DNA of 64,000 nucleotides from Macrostomum hystrix (taxonomy: Eukaryota; Animalia; Platyhelminthes), in contig CATNEN010000024.1 of assembly GCA_950097015.1 (NCBI GenBank), positions 5,456,001-5,520,000 of the forward strand, written 5' to 3'. Numbering within the stretch: the first letter of the stretch is position 1; each line of letters starts with the position of its first letter. Below, piece after piece: positions 40,136 to 50,042 of the stretch. The position numbers and the translations under genes were made by a program. A model generated the notes under the pieces. It was not told the DNA's origin. It saw only the letters and a program-made list of their open reading frames with translations, and did not search any database.

Positions 40136-41206
40136 GTTTGTCGACGATGTAGCATGACTTTACAATTGATAACATGATTGCATGCAGCTTATACTCGTAT
40201 ATTGTCAAATGATCCCGACTTCGATCATTGTGCCGCATTCTTTTCATCTAGCTCCATGCATGAAGGTTTATCGGTACTTTTGTTTGGCAGAATGCAAGTC
40301 AAATTATTCAGCATCAGTTTTGCTACTGCCTCTTTTTTCTTCTATCATCAACAGTTAAAAAAGTAAGTAACAGTTTTTTAATATTATTTCTGGGTACAAG
40401 TGTGAGCGCTTTTTATTAGCTACTGTCGAAGCAAATATTTGTTTGCTTTATTACTCTTGCTCTGAGACACGAATAAAATATTTTTCGAGAGCAGCAGCAA
40501 GTTTTATTCGATACAAAACAGAGGAAAGAATTTTCCAGCATACGCTCGTGATAGCTGCCTGCTAGATTCAGAAACATAATTTTATTTAACTTTTTTCAAG
40601 CATTCTTGCAAGCATTATTCGATTAGATTGAAAACTATATATGAAAACTGTTCAGCATAGCTGTTAGCATTCTTTTAATATTCCAATCTAATAAGAAAAA
40701 TATTTCGAGCATAGCTGCTAGCGTTATTAGATTCAGAACAAGAAAAAATATTCTAAGCGATCTTTTTTAATTTTAACTTTTTTTCGAGGATTGCTTGAAG
40801 CCTTATTCGCCCAATGTCTAGTGCATCGAGCGAGCGAGTTGAATGAATTATCGAGGGGGTTGCATAAACTATTGAGAGGGTATAGCATGATTTAACGAGG
40901 GGGTAGTACAGTGGCTTAGCTAGGATTTTGAAACGGGGTGGGGTAGAAAAGCAGCAATAAGTAAAACCATTTTTTTAATTAGATCAAATTAAAAAAAGTC
41001 TGGACGCCATAAAGCAGCAGGCTAGACAATTATTATGAAGTGAAGTGATCCCTTACAATTTCAATTACAACCCCATCCATACATCTGAATCTGATCAATC
41101 GTCATTCGTCATTATGTTTTTTGCTTCGCTGATTCGCTAAAACAAAAACTCGCGCATTTTACTGAAGATTCATAGACGTCATCGATGAGAGAGCCATACT
41201 CGTATT

Positions 41207-41280
41207 TATAATCAAGGACCACTGTAGTATAACTATAAGTTATAGTTATAGTACTAATACTACAGTGGTCCTTGTTTATA
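41207..41280. repeat. 74-bp inverted repeat/hairpin (minimal MITE remnant)
   Basis: tataatcaaggaccactgtagta ... tactacagtggtccttgtttata: 23-bp arms, 1 mismatch. Confidence 0.8.
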
Positions 41281-42612
41281 ATATATATATTAATTTTTCC
41301 ATCCTTCGCATTCTTGATAAGTTAGCAAAATGGGGGGTAGTTACGTAGCGTACTAGTATGACTTTTTGAGGGGTTGCAGGAATTATCGAGGGGTAGCATG
41401 ATTTATCTAGGTGTAGCACAAATTACCGAGGACGTAGCATGTCTTATCAATGGGGTATAGAATGATTTATCGAGGGTGGGAGCATGATTTATTGAGGATG
41501 TAGCATGATTTCTTTTAAGTGTGATTTTTTTAAAAGGGTTGTGTAGTGACGTCGCGAAAGTTTGATAACAATTAATTTCTAGAAACCTCTTCGGTAAAGT
41601 GCAATTTAAAACTTTTGAATTTTCTATCATTTAATTTCAATGCTCGCATTTATTTTATTTCTATGTTTTATTAAATTGTAGTAGATTAGTACAACAAACA
41701 AATAATACAGAACTAGTTAGAAAAAATAATTTATACCTATTTTTTATAATGCGCAGAATGTTCTAGAAGTTTCCGGCGATGCTCCGTCTGACTATAAATA
41801 AACTACTGCCACTGCGGATAATCTTTACGCCTCGCCTTTTCCCCCTTTGACTTGGTTACAAGATCAATTAAACAAACCAAAAGAACCACCGCCTTGCTCT
41901 TAACCTCTTTTACTACTTAAAACCCTCTACAATAGCATGGTTTGTTGCAGGCGTAGCATATGATATATCGAAGGGGTAGCATGAATCATCTATAGGGTAG
42001 CACAAATTCTCGAGGAGGTAGCATGAATTATCAAGGCGGTAGAATGAAATTTCGAGGGGACGCGCATGAGTTATCGAGAGGGTATAGCATGATATATCGA
42101 GACGGAGGCATGCTTTGTCAATGCGGTAGCATGATTAATCGAGGGTGTAGCATAAATTGTTGAGGGGGTAGCAATTAGCTAATTGTAGTGAGGCTTGCAT
42201 GCTTTGTCAATTAAGGGATAGTTTGATAAAATGGATCTATCGAGCATACGTAGCTGTTAGCATTCTGTTAATATTCCGTACATAAGAAAACAAATTTTTG
42301 GTATGTATTCAGTGTTTAGGAACACTGATTTTTCGAGGAGATATCAAGAAAAGATAACCATAGTATTGGAGTTGTATATTTTATATTATTCTTCTTCTTA
42401 AGAGCTGCAAAGCGTGATTTTCTTCACCCAGAGGGGGGTCTTGGTTGCTAGTTTAAACTATTTTTGACACTTATGGATTGGAAAACCCTCAGTAGTATAC
42501 GTATCATCAAATCATTATTCCGTCGGCATGGCTGGGTTGATAAAGCATGTTTTAGTTATTTATTTTAAATACGAGCCGGTCCACGTATTCATTGTCTTAT
42601 TACTTAAATAAG

Positions 42613-42900
42613 TAGAGTTTGTAGCCTAGTGGTTAGTGCGTCGGACTCATGACTTGAAGGTCGGGGGTTCGATTCCCGACTCCACTGGAACAATTTGTGT
42701 CCTTCAAGCAAGACACTTAACTCTGCATTGCTTCAGTTCACCCAGCTGTTAAATGGGTACCAGCACTTGCTGGGGTAATTGAAGGTGGGTGTGGCGTCCC
42801 CCCAGCCCATGGACTAAACAGCTGTACGCAGCCGATCAGATGCGCCGCGCATTAGCTGCGGCTGCACATCTGGCCCAATTGGGGCAGGTGTAATAAATTA
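42613..42900 (+). mobile_element. tRNA-derived SINE
   Basis: A box TAGCCTAGTGG, B box GGTTCGATTCC, body tgtgtccttcaagcaagacacttaac...cccagctgttaaatgggtacc, AT-rich tail. Second copy at 61.7 kb. Confidence 0.85.
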
Positions 42901-43325
42901 AAAATTAATTATTACTTATATCTTAATTGTTAATCAAACCTGCTTAAATTAGTTTGCTCTGCAGGCAACGCCTGCTATAAGCGTAGTAGGAAATTGTCGA
43001 AAATAATATATTACTTACCTCCTTATCACTTTTAGGTTTATAAAATTCTGCGAATTATTTAGTTTAGGGGCAGGGCACTTTCCGCGTTCTAAAACTTATC
43101 TTAAAAAAGTTCTTAGGAAGTATTCAAGATACTTCTGATTATATTTGTAAATGTGTTGAGCGTTGAGAAGACAAATGCAACTAGCGCAGAATATTGATAG
43201 AAAACAGTTGGACCTATAGACATAGTTCCACTGACACTGTTGCTGCGTACATAATATCTGGAGCACTGAGGCGAAGTGCCTGTGCAATGTGTATATTATT
43301 GTTGTAAAGCAATCCTTCAATTGAA

Positions 43326-43397
43326 GGCCTAGTGGTCTAGGGGTATGATTCTCGCTTCGGGTGCGAGAGGTCCCGGGTTCGAATCCCGGCTGGGCCC
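43326..43397 (+). tRNA. tRNA-Pro-CGG: tRNA-Pro (anticodon CGG)
   Basis: 72-nt cloverleaf: acceptor GGCCTAG/CTGGGCC, anticodon arm CTCGC-TTCGGGT-GCGAG, T arm GGTTCGAATCC, followed by TTTT terminator. Confidence 0.95.
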
Positions 43398-44047
43398 CAT
43401 TTTTGTCTCTTCGATTGCATTTGCATCGATAAATAAATTGTTAAGCATTCTAGGCTTTTATTTTAGTAACAATTCGATAAAATTATTATCAGAAATATAC
43501 AATTATTTAGAAAAAGTCAAACACTTTACTTGATAATTAAAACGTTGCTTAATCGTGGCCCAAGCACGCGAATTTTTCTGAGAGAGTTCTTTAGTCTGAC
43601 TCTGATCACATGTAAAATAGTCAAAATTTAATTTTTAAAGTGAGTCAATCATAACTAATAGAATAATCTCTAGAATATTAAGGTTCTTCTGCAAGAATAA
43701 ACAAGTTATAGGGTTGATTTGGGATAGCAAACTCTTTTTCTACATTTACTCAGAGCTCAACATTGGCAAGCGATATGTGTTTAAAATTGACAAACAATAT
43801 GCTTTTGCACAAGTAGTATCCGTAGTATGTATGGAAACCAAATGTTTTTTGTTGCTAGAAATAAAGGGGTCCGTAGAAAACAAAAAACCGACCTCCTCTT
43901 AAATAAAATATGCTAACATCGGCTGACTGTGTGTATCGGCCAGAAGTTGAGTTGAAACTGAAAGTTGAACTTTAAGTTGAACTGACACAGGCTAATAGTC
44001 GTAAGTAGCCGTCAATACCACTTTTTATTTCATGCTATTGCTTACTT

Positions 44048-44102
44048 CGGGGTTATCGGGGTTCGGGGTTGGGATTCGGGTTCGGGACGGGGTTCGGGGT
44101 TC
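44048..44102 (+). repeat. G-rich simple repeat (ggggttc)n
   Basis: Eight runs of 3-4 G in 55 bp. Confidence 0.8.
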
Positions 44103-44645
44103 CCGATAAATGTTCGGGACAATTTATATGTATATATGGTCTCTGTGATTCCATAGAATAGAATATTCATCGAAACTACGATCAGTCCAGTAGGGTCAAA
44201 TGGCACAGCTACTCGTAGTATATAGCTGCAGCTATTGCTCGGCGTTTTGTACTTCACCACTTCAAATTTACTAATATATACCAATGGACTAGCACTATAC
44301 TATAGAGCTAAAGTGTTCTAGATTTGAGGCCTTTTAAGTTTTCGAAAATCTCACAGCTAAGGACAGAGTTTGAATTATTTATTTTACTCGAAGGCTAGGA
44401 ACTGAGTCCCTGCACATGGATAATAATTAACAAGTGCGGTATAGTAATGCGCAGTAGGCAGTGCACCTGCACTTTATTTTAAACATAATTTATTAGGCAT
44501 TGATTAAAATAATCAATGTTGACTCTAATTTGTTCACAAAATGCATCCCCTATTAGCATAGAAATAGCAAACACCCGAGAAAAAAACATTGTAACCTTGT
44601 CAAGTCAGCAATTTCATAAAATATATGTTTAATAATATGGCTGTG

Positions 44646-44782
44646 GCAATGGCACATTGTTTGGTGACAGTAGACCCACAGCCAGCGAGGAAGCGATTCT
44701 TCGCGTTGCGCTGACTCATGAGAACACAACGCACACAGATACCGTACGTATGTAGGCACACACTCACTCAGGTGTGTACATA
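44646..44782 (+). repeat. Dispersed repeat, homologous to 6838-6968
   Basis: See the 6838 entry. Confidence 0.75.
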
Positions 44783-45839
44783 TGTCCTGACTTTTTCATC
44801 GTCTGGCAGTGTACACTCTCCACTGTGCCTTGGAGGTAGGCCCTCAAGGGCGTAAATTGCACGACAAGCCCTATAATGAATGTGGCGTCACCGCGGAAAC
44901 GAGCTCGTGGGCATTAGTGCGAGGGGCAAACGCCTTAGACCGCTCTGCCACTCATACCCTGCAAAAAATTTCAGGCAAAATTTCTGACAAAATCAGTCAG
45001 GTTTAGGAGTACAATAGCAGCTTTTATCGGTCTGTCGACGACTTTCTTAACGGTCTTTTTCTCTAATATCAAGTGCTTCCACATGCACCTCTAACAATGC
45101 ATATATATGGAATGCCTCTAACAGTAGCATTCTTAAGATTCCTATACAGCGCTATCAAAAGAATTTGAAAGTCATACTTCTTCGTGACAAGTCTATTGTA
45201 AAGCAACAGAAGACAATTGACCCAATAGAATAGTTTGCGTGCACTGACTAGCGTCATATTCAAGTTCCATGCACCCTCCACGCAAATCGTCGAGCCAATT
45301 GCAGCTTCGAATCAATATAGAAACTACGCTGCGCGCGTTCGTTTCGCCAACCAGCCTTTCCTTACGGCAAAAGTGTGCATTAACTGTTCAAGCTCAAACC
45401 TAAACCGATGCACTGCGCCAATCTGCTGCGACCTGTGTGGACATGCACGCTGTTGAACGCTTCCTTTCCTGCCCTATTTTTGGATTCCATCTGGTGGAGG
45501 CTCGAAGAACAGCCAAGCTAGACCAGAACCGGGTTGGAAAATAGCTTAGTCATGTTTTGTGAAGATTCAGAAACACTGTCAGCTATTGCGAAATAGGCCT
45601 AGGCCTGTCAAATCTATGCGAGCCTCGTAACGGCCCTCTAATATAGAAATTGCTGGTAAAAGCAACACATTTTTATGCAAATAGTCTACTGCAGCTGGAC
45701 TACTTACACTGATCGCTTCGGACTGCAGGCTTACTGGACTTAAAATTGAAGTGAGTGTGACACTTTCGTCATCAATTTCGATGAGCTGACCTGTTTCTTG
45801 CTTAGATAATATATTGCTAGCGATCACGTACCGTATCAC

Positions 45840-46180
45840 CGTAGAGATGTCAACGGTGTCGAGAATATCGTGAAACTCAGCGAGAAGAGCTGTGCGCATC
45901 TGCTGCAGGGTCAGAAGTGCGGTGGATTGTCCTCCACGGCAGCGAGCAGGAAATCCTTCATGGCAACCGAGAGCTTGCGACGCTTGGCTCCGCCACTTGG
46001 CATGGTGTATCGCCTTCCTTCCAAATTAAATGCGTGGCAAATGTTGTACAGGCCGTGCTGCGTTTGACATCCAGTAGCCTTGAGAAGTCATTGACGAGTT
46101 CGCCTCCCTGCCAAGCTTCAATCACAAGGTCTCGTTTCTCTCTCGTAATCTTCGGATCTTCGCCCGCTGTATGCTGCTAA
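45840..46180 (-). pseudogene. Frameshifted N-terminal (HTH) relic of a Tc1/IS630-like transposase
   Basis: Across frameshifts: KITREKRDLVIEAW...LDVKRST...GGAKRRKL...LAAVEDNP..LTLQQMRTALLAEF...VDISTVIRY. No DDE domain follows. Confidence 0.5.
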
Positions 46181-46725
46181 ACAGCTTAGCGTATTATACC
46201 AATAACCAACGTCGATGTTGTACCTCGTTTCAGCCCGATTAGCGAATCCATATTAGGGTGTTTTCTTTTGTAGTGTTGTAGTTAGCCTACGAGTGTTGAA
46301 ACGAGGTTGAAACTAACGGCAGCCCGCCACTGCTGTTGTCTTATGGTTGAATTCTATAGATATGCACAGCGGGCGGGCCGTGAAACGCATTTCACGGCCC
46401 GCTGAGACTTTCTATGGTAAAATCGCTCTGAGTTCTATGCTTTCAGTCGGTTTCACGGCCCGGTAAGAATGTCTATGGAAAAAAATACAGCGGGTTCAAC
46501 GGGGCGTACAGCCTCCTTGCGGGGTGTGGATATGGAGTTAGAGTCCCCACATGAACAGCTTAGACAAACAAAAAACATATATCTAAATTATTATTTAGTC
46601 TATGGCAAAATCTGGCAAAACTTTGGTGTTAAGTGAGAATGATTCCTTTGAAGTTCTTTAGAGAAAATACATTCTTTAGTGAAGACGAGTGTTGTTTTGC
46701 AGCCTATTCTTTTTACTGCGTCGGC

Positions 46726-47880
46726 ATGTTAGATTACGATTCAATACTAGAGAACGATATTAGCGGTCTAAGCTCTGATGAGCTAGATTTTTTGACGCGC
46801 CTTGGACGTCGTGAACCAGGTCAAGCGATTAGTCAATGGTCGGGCTTGACGGCTGCACATCTGAGACTGATAGATGCCGAGCTGGAAAATCCGTCTGAGA
46901 TAGATGATGCATCACTTCTGCGAGAGCTCAGTGAGACTGAGGAGAGCGATCTGCGGCGTGTGGAAGATGAAGCGAAGCGTGAGTCGACCACCAAGCAAAC
47001 GGAAGTGCTCGTGAAACGACTGAAGAATTTCTTGCGTGACCAAAACTTGCCGGACAACATCGAGAGTATGCCCGTGCGTTATCTGTGCGCATACCTCAGG
47101 CTATGGTTTGTGTCGCTAAGGATGGCCGATGGCAAATCCTACGCCGTTCGTTCTCTAGTTTGCTTCCGAGCGTCGATTCATCGCTACATTTCTGAGAGAA
47201 GGGATCTCAAGATCATTGGAAATGAACAGTTTGCATCGTTTGAGCGTACGTTTAAGGCGTGCTTGTCTGCTGCTCTTAAGGAGAAGAAACTAGTTGGAGG
47301 TGCTAGTACCTACTGTCCGATTGAGGATGACGACTTCGTGCGCTTGCGTTCGTACTTTGACCGGTCGACTCCGACGCGGCTGCAGATGGAAGTACTTTTT
47401 AAGATCGTGTATGGTTTCGGTTTTAGAGGACGGAATTGTTGCGTGGATTGAGCAAGAGAGACCTGCAAATCAAAGAGTATGACGGTGTGCAGTACGTAGA
47501 CGTGATGAAGACTAGTATTGAGAAGGCGATTTCTGCTGACAATCCAACAACGATGAAATCCATCATTCTTGTCGAGACTCCAAATGAGCCTACCACGTGT
47601 CCAGTGCGCGCAGTTGAATTATACCTGAGCAAGATACCGACGGACGTTGAGTGTCTCTGGCCAAAGCCAATCCAACGTGGTTACAATACTGACGGCTACT
47701 GGTATCACAATAATCTCGTACGAGGAAAGGACTGGCTAAACAGCTTTATGAAGACGCTGTGCGAACTTGCTGGTCTTGCTGGCCGGAATCACACCAACCA
47801 CTGCATCCGTGCAAGCGTGGTCACAAACCCGATTGAAGACGGCGTCAGAAGACGGCGTCACAGCTTGAAACATCGCGTTC
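46726..47880 (+). pseudogene. DUF3504/Crypton-type tyrosine recombinase, frameshifted and C-terminally truncated
   Basis: YLRLWFVSLR..DG..Y...SL, YGFGFRGR(E), CPVRAVELYL, WY..LVRGKD, TNHCIR. One G is missing at ~47432. The GH and catalytic Tyr region is lost after a 13-bp duplication (gaagacggcgtca x2). Confidence 0.85.
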
Positions 47881-48241
47881 AGAGTATGCTTATGTTGCAG
47901 ACTGTTGTGACTTCTATGACTGCTGCCCCTGTTTTTTATCTCTGACTGCCACCACTGGCCGAAATTGCTCGCAAAAGGGCCCAAATTGGTTGCCGAATTC
48001 AGAAGCAAATTCAATCTTTGTCTATGGCACAGAGTGCCTGCTTTCGTCTCGCTCACCACTACCTGCGCCACAGATTCTATATTATCACAGGTAATATAGA
48101 ATCTGTGGCCTGCGCTGCCCAAATGGCTCGCAAGAAAGCCCAAATAGAACGCAAAAAGGTATAATTGTTAGCGCATGAGTGTATATCTGAGTGGAATTCG
48201 ACCATAGACAACAGCGGCGGGCGGGCTGCCGTTAGTTTCAA

Positions 48242-49011
48242 CCATGGAGGAAAGAATAGAATGGAGTGCCAATCTGAGCCGGTTATTTTTGTTTCCCTCG
48301 ATCTTCACTTTTAACATCCCGTTCCCCCCCCCGTTCCTTGCCATCGGCTCGTGACTGCCATAGACGAACTCGTTTTCGTCCCCCTCTGAAAGTAATATCG
48401 TGGACTATGTGATTTTAATGCCAGTGGAAACCGCATGTAAGGCTTTGAGTAAAAGATTCATTCTGCGCCCCTCTGTATATTAGGTCAAGTCATAAGATTA
48501 AATCTAAATCCTGTCAATGATACAATACGGTGATACGGTATATTTTACAGTGTATATACAAAATTCGTTCGGTAAAAATAAAACAATATGTGAAGAAAAT
48601 AGCGAAAGGGACAGCCAAAGGGAACAGAAAATAATTATATACATGGAAAATAAGAGGCAGCGCTGAATTCTGCGGAAAAACATAAAACACATTTAATTTA
48701 ACTAATTGCTGTCCGTTCATGCAGTAACTCTTAGAAACTAAGGGAACTAAAATGCATGCGATTCTGGCAGCGAAGGGCATCTCAGCTTAGCTGAGCTACA
48801 CTAGAAACTATAATACTCTGAAGAGCATTTTTGATGTATGGTCTTAATACGCACTGGATATTACTTTCAGAGGGGGTGAAAACGAATTCGTCTATGGCAG
48901 TCACGAGCCAATAGGAAGGAACGGGGGGGAACGGGATGTTAAAAGTGAAGATCGAGCGAAACAAAAATAACCGGCTCAGATTGGCACTCCATTCTATTCT
49001 TTCCTCCATGG
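48242..49011. mobile_element. 770-bp MITE with ~158-bp TIRs (CCATGGAGG ends) and 6-bp TSD
   Basis: 48242-48399 inverted to ~48857-49011; TTTCAA at 48236-48241 and 49012-49017. Confidence 0.88.
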
Positions 49012-49061
49012 TTTCAACACCGTTTCAACACGCGTAGGCTAATATACGAGAGTATACGAGG

Positions 49062-49228
49062 GCAACAGAGCCCGTTCAATTCAAACTCGGCTTTTTGTCT
49101 CTGGCAAAATCTCTCTTACTGACTAATTTGAAAGACAGTTTGTTTTTATTGATTTTCTGCTAACATTCTAGCTGGTGATATTTTGCCAGAGACAAAAAGC
49201 CGAGTTTGAATTGAACGGGCTCTGTTGC
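49062..49228. mobile_element. 167-bp MITE/foldback with 49-bp perfect TIRs
   Basis: gcaacagagcccgttcaattcaaactcggctttttgtctctggcaaaat and its reverse complement. No TSD found. Confidence 0.8.
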
Positions 49229-50042
49229 TTTTGAAAGGGTGCTTGTTTTTATTGATTTTCTGTTAGCACTGACAATAGCTCAAAGTGTCTGAATTGAATT
49301 TCCGCTAGTTCTTTTAGAACTGGAATTTTATCAAAATTGAACGTGAAAAGGTGTAGTTATTGCGCTTCAAGTTTTGGTCTCTGTTTTGGTATTTTCCTAT
49401 ATGTAGTCTAGCGGTTTGTGGCAGTCTAGATGGCTTGAAGGCTATAACTACTAACGACTGTCGTTCTCAGTATCACGGCTGGCGGTTGCGATCTCTTCCG
49501 GGTCCTTACCTCGGGATCAGATCAAGAAAGAACACCAACACAGTTAGTTTTCTAATTGTCTAACATGACGGAGCTCAAAGCTAATTCTCTACCGAGCTCG
49601 CGGAGGTCCATTTTTCCGCGCTCCTCTCCGACTTATATAATGTCTTTGAAACCCCTCGATCCGAGGGGAAGGCAATACCGTAGCAACATTCGCAAGAAGA
49701 TTTATGCTGGTTGAGGTCCTCCAGAGCTCGTTCCCGATCGGGTCCGGGCGGCTCCAGTTTCAGGCTGGGCTGGGTCGATGCAGGCAGCTGCGGGTCGGGC
49801 AGGCCGGGTTGATTCCGGCAGCTCCACGTCAGCACAGCTGTGAGTCGGTTTCAGGTGGCTCCACGTCAGCACCGCTGCTGTCATGCCGGACCGCGTTTGC
49901 GCTGAAATGATTAAGTGGACTCGGGGCGAATCTTTGTCTAATCTTTCTTCTTTCAGTTGCTTGCCCTCTATGCTGTTGATCCTTTTAGTCTAGTTTCCTC
50001 CTAGCGCTCTCTTGAATTCCCTTCAGATTTCTAAGTCTTATA

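Larger units (their letters stand above)
46271..49055 (+). mobile_element. Crypton-like tyrosine-recombinase element 1 with inverted terminal repeats
   Basis: Left end 46271-46402 is inverted relative to 48192-48241 plus 49012-~49045 (split by a MITE), and also to 52006-52135. YR pseudogene inside. Confidence 0.7.

Noticed and set aside
39059-40247. Three 336-387-aa ORFs, including a Cys-rich one
   Set aside because: All are frames of the 42-bp tandem array.
42621-42690. Functional tRNA gene
   Set aside because: A and B boxes are present but there is no paired acceptor stem, and it continues into a body shared with the 61.7 kb copy: SINE head.
43345-43533. 62-aa ORF
   Set aside because: Overlaps the tRNA-Pro gene and runs into AT-rich flank.
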